The notes: generated from the sequence alone by a model not told the origin. A stretch of 64,000 nucleotides of DNA from Gemmatimonadota bacterium (GCA_039587755.1 JBDHBD010000013.1:1300-65299); one strand, 5' to 3'. Counted from the first letter of the stretch, positions 1-9,106 are shown. Translations and numbers: made by a program.

Positions 1-168
1 CAGACGCGGTACACGACCGAAATCCGCGCGTTCGAGCTGATCATGCTCGGCGGAGCAGGCGATCGAGAGCAGGCCCCCCGCTCCGCCGCTCCACCGGTCG
101 GAGTGGAGAGCGAGGTATCCGACTTCACCAGCGAGGCGCTGGCCGGAGAGGACGACCTCCCCTTCTAG
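1..168 (+). CDS. 3' end of an unidentified protein-coding gene (partial; frame 1 is open from the window edge to TAG at 166-168)
   Basis: Frame 1 is open from nt 1 to the stop at 166-168 (…IRAFELIMLGGAGDREQAP…EDDLPF*). It is missing from the ORF track because it has no start codon. No recognisable domain. Confidence 0.25.
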   Translation, partial: QTRYTTEIRAFELIMLGGAGDREQAPRSAAPPVGVESEVSDFTSEALAGEDDLPF

Positions 169-499
169 GAACATCGGCCGGCTCCCGTTCGTCAGCTCTG
201 ATGACCACGCCTGATAGTCTGCCAGAAAGGCTTCAAATCGGGCGGTGAGTCGGTGTCTGATGATACTCGTTTCACACCCACCGCAATTGTTTGTCATAAA
301 CGGCATCCCTAAGTTGGCGGCGGCCGGTCGGCCGCCCCGGCGGAGAGCGGTTGCCCTCGCTCGTACCGGCCTGAATACGTCCGGGCCGCCAGCCGCGCCC
401 GGAAGTTGCACGCTGGGACGGCGATGATGACGTGGTGCTCCGTCGGCAGGCCCGACGGCAAGCGCGATGGTGCGACGTTGATTCCTCAGGAGGAGCGCG

Positions 500-1756
500 A
501 TGAGCCTCGGCCCTCGGGTGCGTGGGAGACGCGGAGAGTGGTGGAGCAGGGGCAGGATCACAGGCGTGATGTCGGTGATCATGGCGATATGCGTGGGTGG
601 GGCCGTGGAGTCTTTACGGGCCCAGGCACCGGAGCGGGAACCGGAGCGGCGCCGCGTTCCGGAGGCGACCCTGGAACGGCCGCAGGAGGCCCAGGCAAGA
701 GCGGGGATGCACCAGGTCCGCCGTGGTGACACCCTGTGGGACCTGGCCCGCCGGTACCTGAGCGATCCGTTCCGCTGGCGGGATATCTTCGAAGTAAACA
801 CCGCGGTGGTAGAGGACCCTCACTGGATCTTCCCAGGTGAGAACCTTCGACTCCCCGGGGCGGTGACCGGCGTGGCAGTACGGGCCGGACCGGGTGGCGA
901 ACCGGCTGCCATGGAAGCCCGGCCTGCCGGTCAGGAACCGGGTCCCGGCGCACCGCAAGGCAGACGCGTCGTGTCCCGCTTCGGCGGCGAGAGCATCTTC
1001 GACAGGTCGCCCGACTCGCGAGCCACCATGGGAAGTCTCGCGGTGGACGAGTTCGCCGCCACGGCGCTGGTCTCGGCGAGCGACTTTCAGCGGGCTCCGA
1101 CGCTGGCAGACCCTAACCAGACGACGCACGGAGTGACGGCGCGGAAGATCGAGGCTAATCCGCTGGGTCTGAGGCTGCCTGCCGCGACTCGGTTGAACCA
1201 CCACGTGGTCATCGCGCTGAACGGAATGGCCGTCGCGCCCGACCAGACACTACGAGCGTTCCGCTGGGGCCGCCGTGTGGGTTCGAATCAGCGTGTGGTC
1301 CAGCCTCTGGCCATGCTGCGGGTCCTCGACGTGATGGGTGACTCCGCACGAGCGCAGGTAGTGGAATTGTTCGGGGACTACATCGTGGGTGATCTGGTCG
1401 CCGATGCCGTGGCCTTCGGGCAGGGTGATCTGGTTCGCCACGAGTCCATTCAAGGGAGTGGTCTCCTAGCAAGAGTCCTGGATTCGGCCATCGCGGAGAC
1501 GCTACTGGGTCCGGGGTCGCACATCTTCTTGAACGCCGGTTCCGCGGACGGTGTGCGAATCGGCGACGAGTTCGCGACATTCATGCCTGATGAGCAACGT
1601 CCGTCCGAAGCGCTACTGGATGATCGGCAGGCCACGGTGCGGGTCGTCCGGGTCGGACCCAGTTTCTCGACGGCACGCGTGATCGAGGTGCAGGATCTGG
1701 GCACGACGGCCGGATCGCCGGCCCGACTAGTCCGACGTGCGGCGGGAGCGGACTGA
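500..1756 (+). CDS. LysM peptidoglycan-binding domain protein with a signal/TM N-terminus; C-terminal domain of unknown function
   Basis: LysM motif VRRGDTLWDLARRYLSDPFRWRDIFEVN…DPHWIFPGENLRLP. Hydrophobic N-terminal segment VMSVIMAICVGGAV. The true start may lie downstream of 500. Confidence 0.55.
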   Translation: MSLGPRVRGRRGEWWSRGRITGVMSVIMAICVGGAVESLRAQAPEREPERRRVPEATLERPQEAQARAGMHQVRRGDTLWDLARRYLSDPFRWRDIFEVNTAVVEDPHWIFPGENLRLPGAVTGVAVRAGPGGEPAAMEARPAGQEPGPGAPQGRRVVSRFGGESIFDRSPDSRATMGSLAVDEFAATALVSASDFQRAPTLADPNQTTHGVTARKIEANPLGLRLPAATRLNHHVVIALNGMAVAPDQTLRAFRWGRRVGSNQRVVQPLAMLRVLDVMGDSARAQVVELFGDYIVGDLVADAVAFGQGDLVRHESIQGSGLLARVLDSAIAETLLGPGSHIFLNAGSADGVRIGDEFATFMPDEQRPSEALLDDRQATVRVVRVGPSFSTARVIEVQDLGTTAGSPARLVRRAAGAD

Positions 1757-1795
1757 CGAGATCGGCGCTCTGCGTCACGCGTTGTTGACGGCCTA

Positions 1796-1832
1796 GGGGC
1801 GTTCGTCTTCGGACGGACGCCCCTTTTCTTTG
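1796..1832 (+). terminator. Rho-independent terminator-like hairpin with T-tract after the LysM gene
   Basis: ggggcgttcgtc-ttcg-gacggacgcccc followed by ttttcttt, about 40 nt after the stop at 1754-1756. The 12-bp stem has one mismatch. Confidence 0.5.
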
Positions 1833-1951
1833 TGCCTTATGGCACTGCCCGTCACTCGGCCATTCGCCGTATGGCGCTGGACGATGCCATACGCGACATT
1901 CCAGCGGGTCCGGCGTGAGGGGTCAGTGAGAGGAAGGGGAACGGACTACGG

Positions 1952-2902
1952 ATGAGCGCGAAACGCGTGCTGGTCACCGGCGGGGCCGGGTTCATCGGCT
2001 CCCATGTGTGCGACGCCTATATTCGGAAGGGGTGGGAGGTAACCGCACTCGACGACCTGAGCTCCGGCAAGCGCGAGAACGTGCCGTCCGAAGCAGAGTT
2101 CGTCGAGCTCGATGTTCGCTCACCTCGGGTGCGGGAGTTGTTCCGCGACCGCCGCTTCGATCTCGTGAACCACCACGCGGCACAGATCGATGTGCGACTT
2201 TCGGTCAAGAAGCCGCGCCATGACGCCTCGATCAACATCGACGGCCTGCTCAACCTCCTGGAATGTTGTGTGGAGTTCGAGACGGAACGGGTGGTCTTCA
2301 TTTCGTCGGGTGGCGTCGTGTACGGAGAGGTGGAGAACCTGCCGGCGGTACGCACGACGCCGAAGCTGCCCGAGTCCCCCTACGGAGTGAGCAAGCTCGC
2401 CAGCGAGTACTATCTTCTCGTTTTCCGCAGGCTTCACGGTCTTCCGTATGTGGCCCTCCGCTACTCCAACGTGTACGGTCCGCGCCAGGATCCCCACGGC
2501 GAGGCCGGTGTGGTGGCCATCTTCAGTAATCGGCTGCTCGACGGTCACCCGCTCACCGTGTTCGGAGACGGTGAACAAACCCGCGACTACGTTTACGTAC
2601 ACGACGTGGCGGCCGCCAACCTGGTCGCCTCGGAGATGGCTCTGCCGGATCCCGAAGGGCTGGACGAGGTAGCCTTCAACGTAGGCACGGGACGGGAGAC
2701 GACGGTGAACGAGTTGGCACATACCCTCATCGATATTTCGGGAACGGAGGCGGATGTCGAGTTCGCCTCCGCACGACCCGGCGAGCTGCGGCGTAGCGCG
2801 CTGGACGTGGGTGAGTTGCGCGAGCTGGGCTGGTCGCCCCTGCACTCGCTGCGCGAGGGCTTGCAGCAGACGTACGAGTGGATCTCCCGGGGGGCGGAGT
2901 GA
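1952..2902 (+). CDS. NAD-dependent epimerase/dehydratase (UDP-glucose 4-epimerase-like SDR)
   Basis: N-terminal Rossmann motif VLVTGGAGFIGSH. SDR catalytic motif YGVSKLASE (YxxxK). Matches GalE/WcaG-family epimerases. Its 3' end overlaps the tolQ start. Confidence 0.85.
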   Translation: MSAKRVLVTGGAGFIGSHVCDAYIRKGWEVTALDDLSSGKRENVPSEAEFVELDVRSPRVRELFRDRRFDLVNHHAAQIDVRLSVKKPRHDASINIDGLLNLLECCVEFETERVVFISSGGVVYGEVENLPAVRTTPKLPESPYGVSKLASEYYLLVFRRLHGLPYVALRYSNVYGPRQDPHGEAGVVAIFSNRLLDGHPLTVFGDGEQTRDYVYVHDVAAANLVASEMALPDPEGLDEVAFNVGTGRETTVNELAHTLIDISGTEADVEFASARPGELRRSALDVGELRELGWSPLHSLREGLQQTYEWISRGAE

Positions 2903-3630
2903 GCGTGGGCGCGGTCCTGAACGCTCTCCTCCAGCAGAGAGTGATCGATTCCCCACTGGATATGGTTTGGGGCGCAACGCCCGTCACCAAGGTCATTCTC
3001 ATCGTGCTGGTCGCGTTCTCGCTCCTTTCGTGGGTGCTCATCTTCTGGAAGTGGCGAGAGTTCCGGCGCGTCGGCTTCGAAGGAGACGAGTTCGTCGATG
3101 CGATGGAGAGCACGGCCGGTCTGCACGACCTGTACGAGACGTTGCTGCGTCTGAGCGAGTCGCCGTACACGCGCGTGTTTCGTCAGGGCGTGAACTTCTT
3201 CTCCGAGCTGAGACCGACCGCGCTGACGAACCGGGGAGGCACCCCCGAGCCAGGGCTCACACCGACACAGCTCGACACCCTTTGGCTCGTGCTGGGAAAA
3301 GGCCTGGCACGGGAGCGGGACGACCTGTCCCACGGGCTTCCCTGGCTGGCGATCATCGGCTCGGTGAGCCCGCTGCTCGGTCTGCTCGGCACGGTCGTGG
3401 GCGTCATGAACTCGTTCATCGGGATCACGGCGCAGGGTAGTGCCAACATCGCGGCGGTGGCGCCGGGGATCGCCGAAGCCCTGACCACCACCGTAACCGG
3501 GCTCGCGGTCGCCATCCCCGCCGTGATCGCCTACAACCACTACGCGTCCAAACTCGCCCTGTTCACCAGCGAGCTGGAGGGCTTCGCCAGCGAATTCGTC
3601 GGCACGCTCGCCCGGGAAGGCCGACTGTGA
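2878..3630 (+). CDS. tolQ: MotA/TolQ/ExbB proton-channel protein (TolQ of the Tol-Pal system)
   Basis: Three TM helices. Conserved C-terminal region …AEALTTTVTGLAVAIPAVIAYN… typical of TolQ/ExbB. Sits in a Tol-Pal context. An alternative GTG start exists at 2899. Confidence 0.8.
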   Translation: MDLPGGGVSVGAVLNALLQQRVIDSPLDMVWGATPVTKVILIVLVAFSLLSWVLIFWKWREFRRVGFEGDEFVDAMESTAGLHDLYETLLRLSESPYTRVFRQGVNFFSELRPTALTNRGGTPEPGLTPTQLDTLWLVLGKGLARERDDLSHGLPWLAIIGSVSPLLGLLGTVVGVMNSFIGITAQGSANIAAVAPGIAEALTTTVTGLAVAIPAVIAYNHYASKLALFTSELEGFASEFVGTLAREGRL

Positions 3631-4058
3631 GGGGCCGTTTCGCCGAGTCGGTCCCGGAAGAAATCGCGGTTCGTGCCGAGATCAACGTCACGAGCCTGGT
3701 CGACGTGGCGTTTACGCTCCTCGTGATCTTCATGATCACCGCCCCCATCCTGCAGGGCGGCGTGGAGATCGCCGTTCCCCAGGCCCCGGCGGCACCGCTG
3801 ACGACGGAGGAAGGCCTGGTGATCTCCGTCGCACGGGACGGCCAGATCTACTTCGATGATGCGCCCGTTACGCTCGACGAGTTCGAGGCGACCGTGGTGC
3901 AGGTGATCCGACGCCGCGGCTCCCCCACCGTGTATGTGAAAGGCGACGCGAACGTCCCGTACGGAACGGTGTTAAAGGTGATCGGGACCCTTACGGAGTC
4001 GGGGATCGAGACCGTGAGCCTCGTCGCGGAGCCGGAGGTCATACGCCGCAGCCCGTAA
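3627..4058 (+). CDS. tolR: ExbD/TolR biopolymer transport protein
   Basis: INVTSLVDVAFTLLVIFMITAP TM anchor plus the ExbD periplasmic domain. GTG start overlaps the tolQ stop (GTGA). Confidence 0.8.
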   Translation: MRGRFAESVPEEIAVRAEINVTSLVDVAFTLLVIFMITAPILQGGVEIAVPQAPAAPLTTEEGLVISVARDGQIYFDDAPVTLDEFEATVVQVIRRRGSPTVYVKGDANVPYGTVLKVIGTLTESGIETVSLVAEPEVIRRSP

Positions 4059-4090
4059 GCCGGCGGGGAACGTGGGAGAGCGAGCCGCGC

Positions 4091-4771
4091 ATGCACAGCT
4101 TTGCACGACGGGAGCGGAGGGATGGGAGCCGGCTGCCACCAGGGGCGGTCGCTGGGTCGCTGGCCCTCCATGCCGGGCTCGCCTTCTTCCTGCTGGTGGT
4201 TGCCCCCGCGCTCCCGACTACCATGCCCCCCCGGAGCTATCGGGTCCGACTCGTGGCCGCAGCGGACGAGACTGCACCTCAACGCCTGGACCCCGCTCCG
4301 GCGGAGGTCGCCGAGGAAGAGCACCGTCCCCCGCCTCCCCAGCCCGAGGTTGAGCGCCGGCCGGAGACGGAGCGACCCACGATCGTCGAGGAGACGCCGC
4401 CTCCCGACGAGCCAGCCAGAGAGCCGGCCCGCGGCCCCGAGGTGGGCGAGGAGACGGTCAATGTACAACTGGACGGGGCCATCTTCCCCTTCCCGGAGTA
4501 CCTGACAAACATCATCCGGCAGGTAAATCGGTACTGGCGGCCCCCGGGAGGCGGTCGCGCGTATCGTGCCGAGCTGGCCTTCGTGATACAGGAAGACGGA
4601 GCGGTAACGGACGTCGAGTGGATCCGGCGCTCGGGCGACCCGACGTTCGACCTCGAGGCGCGCGGCGCGATCGAGGCGGCAGGGAGGAGCCTTGCGTTCG
4701 GTCCGCTTCCCGAAGGGTACCCGCGGGATCGGTTGCGCGTGTCCTTCTATTTCGATCCATCTCGTCGGTGA
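4091..4771 (+). CDS. TonB_C-domain protein acting as the TolA analogue (N-terminal TM anchor, Pro/Glu-rich spacer, TonB-like C-terminal domain)
   Basis: TM LALHAGLAFFLLVV. Pro-rich linker EEEHRPPPPQPEVERRPETERP. C-terminal VTDVEWIRRSGDPTFDLEARGAIEAA resembles a TonB C-terminal domain. Position is between tolR and tolB. Confidence 0.65.
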   Translation: MHSFARRERRDGSRLPPGAVAGSLALHAGLAFFLLVVAPALPTTMPPRSYRVRLVAAADETAPQRLDPAPAEVAEEEHRPPPPQPEVERRPETERPTIVEETPPPDEPAREPARGPEVGEETVNVQLDGAIFPFPEYLTNIIRQVNRYWRPPGGGRAYRAELAFVIQEDGAVTDVEWIRRSGDPTFDLEARGAIEAAGRSLAFGPLPEGYPRDRLRVSFYFDPSRR

Positions 4772-4815
4772 AACACACGGCAGGCAACACGTCAAGGAAC
4801 ACACGGGGTTGGGCG

Positions 4816-6171
4816 GTGAGACGGCATAACAGTGCTGGGGTAACTGGAGAAAGCAGCGCTCGCGGGCTCGCGACATTGGGAGTGACGCTCTCGGTCCTCC
4901 TGGTCTGCCTGGCGCCTCGCGCGGGGTCGGCTCAGGATCCCTCGAACGTGCGGATCGGCATTCGATACGAACCGGGTTACGTGCCGGCTCTAGTCGTCGC
5001 CGGGGTCCGCGCGACCCCACGGCTCGAAGATGTGGCGAGTCGATCGGAAGAGATTCTGCGTACGGATCTCGATTACTCGGACCGTTTCGAGATACTTCCG
5101 GTCCCCGACTCCCTGCGCGTCGACGCGGTCGTCAACTACGGCCTGTGGAATCAGCTGGGTGCCGTGTGGCTCGTGACAGCGGACGTGAGCGGGACGTCGG
5201 CCGCACCGATTCTGCGTGTGGGCCTGCACGATGTGGTTTACGGGACACTCAAGAGTATCCGCGCCTTCACGCTCCCCGCGCTGGATTCCGAAGATTTTCG
5301 GATGGCTGTGCACCGCGTCTCGGACGCGGTCGTGGGCTGGGCGACAGAGGGCGAGCCTGGGATCGCCGCCACTCGGATCGCGTTCCGTCGTCGGGCGGCC
5401 GACGGCACGTCACAGCTATTCATCGTGGACAGCGATGGTCAGAACCTTCGCCGTGTGACCGGGGGAGGCGGTGCCGTGTACTCACCGGCGTTTTCTCCGG
5501 ACGGTCTCCGCTTGCTGTTCCAGACGATGGACGAAAAAGGGGCCACTGCCGTGCACGAGCTGGATCTGGCAACGGGGCGTCGGCGAGTGGTGTCGGCCCA
5601 GGAGGGGCTCAACATCACTCCGACCTATACACCGAACGGCGCGATCGTACTCGCCCGCTCAACGGGCAGCAGCACAGAGATATTCCAGCTGGGGCGCGGA
5701 CAGCTCACTCGCACGGGGGGTGGTGACGCGCTCAACCCGAGCTTCTCGCCGGACGGTCGGTGGATGGTGTTCGAGGCGACGCCGCTCGGCCAGCAGCAGG
5801 TTTATGTACAGCCGGCGGATGGAGGGAGACCGCGGCTGATCAGTCGATACGTACATGGCGAACGGGGCTCGGCCGCGGGCCCCGACTGGTCCCCGCTTGG
5901 CGACCGGATCGCCTTCGCAGCCTGGGTGGACAACATGTTCCAGATCTTCGGCGTCAACCCGGATGGCACGGACCGCCGCGCGCTCACCTCGCGTGGAAAC
6001 AACGAGGACCCGGCATGGGCGCCCGATGGGCGTCACATCGTGTTCGCCTCGACTCAGCGGCAGGGCAAAGGGCTGTGGATTCTGGACACGGTGACGGGTC
6101 GCACGCGGATTCTCTCCTCCGGCAGGGTGGATGAGGTACCGGACTGGTCGCCGCCGATTCCGTCACCGTGA
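4816..6171 (+). CDS. tolB: Tol-Pal system beta-propeller protein TolB
   Basis: Signal peptide LGVTLSVLLVCLAPRAGSAQD. TolB N-terminal domain, then repeated PD40/WD40-like units (SPAFSPDGLRLLF, NPSFSPDGRWMVF, DWSPLGDRIAF, DPAWAPDGRHIVF). GTG at 4816 chosen because the longer ORF would overlap tolA. Confidence 0.8.
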   Translation: MRRHNSAGVTGESSARGLATLGVTLSVLLVCLAPRAGSAQDPSNVRIGIRYEPGYVPALVVAGVRATPRLEDVASRSEEILRTDLDYSDRFEILPVPDSLRVDAVVNYGLWNQLGAVWLVTADVSGTSAAPILRVGLHDVVYGTLKSIRAFTLPALDSEDFRMAVHRVSDAVVGWATEGEPGIAATRIAFRRRAADGTSQLFIVDSDGQNLRRVTGGGGAVYSPAFSPDGLRLLFQTMDEKGATAVHELDLATGRRRVVSAQEGLNITPTYTPNGAIVLARSTGSSTEIFQLGRGQLTRTGGGDALNPSFSPDGRWMVFEATPLGQQQVYVQPADGGRPRLISRYVHGERGSAAGPDWSPLGDRIAFAAWVDNMFQIFGVNPDGTDRRALTSRGNNEDPAWAPDGRHIVFASTQRQGKGLWILDTVTGRTRILSSGRVDEVPDWSPPIPSP

Positions 6172-6334
6172 ACGGCAAACGACCGGACCCGTCTGTGCTT
6201 GCAATCGAGCCGGTCCGCAGTAGCTTGTGACGACGTTGGGAGGATTGGGAAAGGGCGGTGGATTCCCGCCTACACATGCCGTAGCCGCACACGAGCCGAA
6301 GCTCGAATCTTCGGCCCCGCAAGGAGGATCTGAT

Positions 6335-6991
6335 ATGCGGCGTATACGCCCTCATGCCGGGACGCTCCTACTAGTCGTTCTGGGTATTGCCTGCAGCCGC
6401 AACCCGGAACCTGAACCCGTGGAGCCCGAGCCGGTGGAGACGGTCGATACCACCACGGATGATGCAGCGGAAGCCGCTCGTCGCGAGGCGGAGGCCAACC
6501 GCCTGTGCGAGCGGGCTCTCGCCGCGATCGAGGCGGGCAACTTCGATGTCGCGCGCGACCTGTACCGCCAGGTCCAACGGGAATATCCCGGAACGACTTG
6601 TGCGGGCACTGCGGACGCGGCGCTCACTCGGATCGAGGCTCTGGAAGCGATCGCGGCGCGCGTCCACTTCGAGTTCGACAAATCGAGGATCACCGACGAG
6701 GCCGCCGCTGTTCTGCAGCACAAGGCGGACGCGTTGCGCGCACATCCGGCAGTTACGCTCACGATCGAGGGTCACTGTGACGAGCGGGGATCGCTCGAGT
6801 ACAACATGGCCCTCGGGATGCGGCGTGCCGAGTCGATTCAGCGCTACCTGGGAAGCCTCGGGCTCGAGACGTCCCGTTTCCGCACCGTGAGCTTCGGCGA
6901 GGAACGGCCCCTGATCCCGGAGAGCAACGAGGCCGCTTGGGCCATGAACCGTCGAGGCGAGTTCATCGTCGCGGACCCGGGCGACCTGTGA
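6335..6991 (+). CDS. pal: Peptidoglycan-associated lipoprotein Pal (OmpA-family C-terminal domain)
   Basis: Strong RBS aaggagga 7 nt upstream of the ATG at 6335. Lipoprotein signal MRRIRPHAGTLLLVVLGIAC|S. OmpA domain motif HCDERGSLEYNMALGMRRAESIQRYL. Confidence 0.85.
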   Translation: MRRIRPHAGTLLLVVLGIACSRNPEPEPVEPEPVETVDTTTDDAAEAARREAEANRLCERALAAIEAGNFDVARDLYRQVQREYPGTTCAGTADAALTRIEALEAIAARVHFEFDKSRITDEAAAVLQHKADALRAHPAVTLTIEGHCDERGSLEYNMALGMRRAESIQRYLGSLGLETSRFRTVSFGEERPLIPESNEAAWAMNRRGEFIVADPGDL

Positions 6992-7740
6992 GCCGCCAGC
7001 TGGTTCTCGCGCTCTGCGTCGGATTGCTCGGTGCCGGCTGCGCCACGAAGGGTGACGTGGCCAGCCTCGAGCGGACGATGTTGTCGGAGATGCAGCAGCT
7101 GCGCGCGGACCAGGAACGGCTCCTGGCGCAGATCGGCATTGCCTTCGACAGCATCGATGCCACAGAGCGTCGAGCGATGACCGGCATGGGGGAGTCCCAG
7201 CGTCGCTTCGACCAGCTGCGCGAGCAGCTCCTCCGACTCGTCGAGCTGGCGAGCCAGAATAACCAACTCTTGAACGAGCTCTATGCCAGCCGCGGCGGCG
7301 CGTCCGGCGGCGACTCGCCGGCCATGGTCTCGCGGCCGACCGGGACCGGCACGGTCGGATCCGACGAGGCAAGCATATTCTACTCGGCGGCACAGCAACA
7401 ATTCGGGCGAGGCGCGTACGAGACGGCGCGTGCCGGTTTCCAGGATTTCCTGGAGAATTATCCGGGGCACGAATTGGCGCCCGACGCCCAGTACTTTCTG
7501 GCCGAGACGTACGCGGCCACGAACGAAGGGGAAACCGCGCTGACCGAATACGGACGGGTGCTCGAGCTTTATCCCGATTCGCGGCGTGCCCCGACGGCGC
7601 TGTACAAGAGCGGCATGATCGAGCTCGAAAGCGGCAACGTCGCGGAAGCGAGGAACTACTTCTCCCGCGTGCAACTCGGCTACCCGAACAGCCCCGAGGC
7701 GGAGCTGGCCGCGGATCAACTGCGACGACTGGGCGGCTGA
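6988..7740 (+). CDS. cpoB: Tol-Pal system protein CpoB/YbgF (coiled coil plus TPR)
   Basis: Lipoprotein-type signal VSRQLVLALCVGLLGAGC. N-terminal coiled coil (EMQQLRADQERL…). C-terminal TPR (YPDSRRAPTALYKSGMIELESGNVAEARNYF). GTG overlaps the pal stop. Confidence 0.7.
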   Translation: MSRQLVLALCVGLLGAGCATKGDVASLERTMLSEMQQLRADQERLLAQIGIAFDSIDATERRAMTGMGESQRRFDQLREQLLRLVELASQNNQLLNELYASRGGASGGDSPAMVSRPTGTGTVGSDEASIFYSAAQQQFGRGAYETARAGFQDFLENYPGHELAPDAQYFLAETYAATNEGETALTEYGRVLELYPDSRRAPTALYKSGMIELESGNVAEARNYFSRVQLGYPNSPEAELAADQLRRLGG

Positions 7741-7809
7741 GCGGACCGTTGGTCCGCGAGGTCGCCTCGTTGCCGACTCGCGTTCCGCGCGACAAATCGG
7801 ACCAATCCC

Positions 7810-8322
7810 TTGCGATGTCCAAGCTGCGACCATCCTGAAGATCGCGTCGTAGACTCGCGCACGAGTCGACACGGCCGAGCCATACGACGGCGCCGCGAGT
7901 GCCTCTCCTGCGGCTGCCGCTTCACTACTTACGAGCAGATCGAGGAAGAGCCGCTCGTTGTCCAGAAGCGGGAAGGGGCGATGGAGCCCTTTGATCGCGC
8001 AAAACTCCTGGCCAGCATCCAGATCGCGTGTGCCAAGCGTCCCGTCAGCATGACGGAGATCGAGGCGCTGGTCGACCAGGTCGAAGACGAGCTGGAGGCC
8101 GCGGATTCCCGAGAGGTGTCGAGCCGACGTCTCGGCGAAATGGTCATGCTTCGCCTGCGCGCCCTGGACCAGGTGGCGTACGTTCGCTTCGCTTCCGTGT
8201 ACCGTAACTTTCAGGACACGGAGGAGTTCATGGAGGAAGTACGGGAGCTGTTGCAGCGGGCCCGCTATCAGTCGGCGGGGCAGGCCGATCTGTTCGCCAC
8301 CGATGAGGAGTCGGACGAATGA
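7810..8322 (+). CDS. nrdR: Transcriptional repressor NrdR (zinc ribbon plus ATP-cone)
   Basis: MRCPSCDHPEDRVVDSR…CLSCGCRFTTYE zinc ribbon, followed by an ATP-cone (VQKREGAMEPFDRAKLLASI…). Canonical NrdR length of 170 aa. Confidence 0.9.
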   Translation: MRCPSCDHPEDRVVDSRTSRHGRAIRRRRECLSCGCRFTTYEQIEEEPLVVQKREGAMEPFDRAKLLASIQIACAKRPVSMTEIEALVDQVEDELEAADSREVSSRRLGEMVMLRLRALDQVAYVRFASVYRNFQDTEEFMEEVRELLQRARYQSAGQADLFATDEESDE

Positions 8323-9048
8323 AGTGGCGCATGGCGGGCGGTGGCGCCGAGATGCCGTTTCTCGACCACCTCGAAGAGTTGCGCTGGAGAATCCTCTGGA
8401 CTCTCGCGGCAGTGACGGTCGGGTTCGTGGTGGGTTTCTTTCTCGTCTACCACTTTGACGTCATCGGGCTCCTGGAGCGTCCGATCCGCTCTCTTCTGCC
8501 CGACGAGACGCTCAAGTACCTCAGTCCGACCACGCCCTTCTTCGTCACGTTCAAGCTCGCCTTCTTCGCCGGGTTGATCCTCGCACTACCGGTGATTCGT
8601 GGTGCCGGCGATCGCCATCGCCTTCGTGCTTTTCCTCGCGGGCGTGGCGATGGCGTATTTTCTCGTGCTTCCCCTCGGGCTTCGCTTCCTCCTCACGTTC
8701 CAGGCAGAAGCTTTGCAGCCCATGATCACGGTGGACGAGTACCTGAGGTTCGCGACCGGACTCATTCTCGCCTTCGGCGTGATCTTCGAGATGCCGGTGG
8801 TCCTCGTGCTGCTGGGTATGCTGGGTATTGTGACGCCGGATGGCCTGGCCAAATATCGGCGGCACGCGGTCGTGGTGCTGGCGGTCCTCTCCGCAATGCT
8901 CACACCGGCGGATCCCTATACGATGCTCATGATGATGGTGCCATTGCTCTTCCTGTACGAGCTGTCCATATGGCTGGTTCGGGTCGTGGTGCCGAGTGAG
9001 CGCACACGCGGCGCGGAGGTCACGGCCAATGGCCAGACCGCGGCCTGA
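8319..9048 (+). pseudogene. tatC: Twin-arginine translocase subunit TatC, disrupted by a frameshift and apparent internal deletion near nt 8596
   Basis: The N-terminal part (8319-~8597, frame 0) reads …FVTFKLAFFAGLILALPVI and then becomes Arg/Gly-rich nonsense. The rest of TatC (VVPAIAIAFVLFLAGVAMAYFLVLPLGLRFLL…) continues in frame +1 from 8599, with TGA at 8593-8595 closing that frame just upstream. The conserved LYQxWAFVxPGLYxxEKR segment between them is absent. Confidence 0.6.
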
Positions 9049-9106
9049 CCGGATCGGACCGCGCGCGCGGTAGCCAGCCATTTCGCCGCGGGATACCGTA
9101 ATAAAG

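Noticed and set aside
614-1204. 196-aa antisense ORF overlapping the LysM gene. Many similar long antisense or off-frame ORFs occur across the window, e.g. 2120-2977(-), 6371-7822(-), 13636-14766(-), 15349-16215(-), 20636-21973(-), 22634-23692(-), 23786-25912(-), 25955-26971(-), 29753-31189(-), 34862-36142(-), 37499-38371(-), 44475-45557(-), 44963-46033(+), 49853-51805(+), 53538-54482(+), 57496-58611(+), 62289-63161(-).
   Set aside because: These are typical high-GC artefacts. Their translations are Arg/Ala/Pro/Gly-rich with no motifs, and each lies opposite or out of frame with a gene supported by strong family motifs.
1268-1290. tRNA T-arm-like motif gggttcgaatcag
   Set aside because: It lies inside the LysM CDS. 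No acceptor stem, anticodon arm or cloverleaf can be built around it, so it is a chance match.
4618-4815. Long 5' extension of the tolB ORF (M at 4618)
   Set aside because: The extension overlaps the 3' half of the tolA-like gene in another frame. The signal peptide begins near GTG 4816, so the shorter start was preferred.
8597-8999. Frame-0 continuation of tatC after …LALPVI (RGAGDRHRLRAFPRGRG…)
   Set aside because: The translation is Arg/Gly-rich nonsense, while frame +1 carries the genuine TatC sequence. It was treated as the untranslated product of a frameshift, not as a separate CDS.
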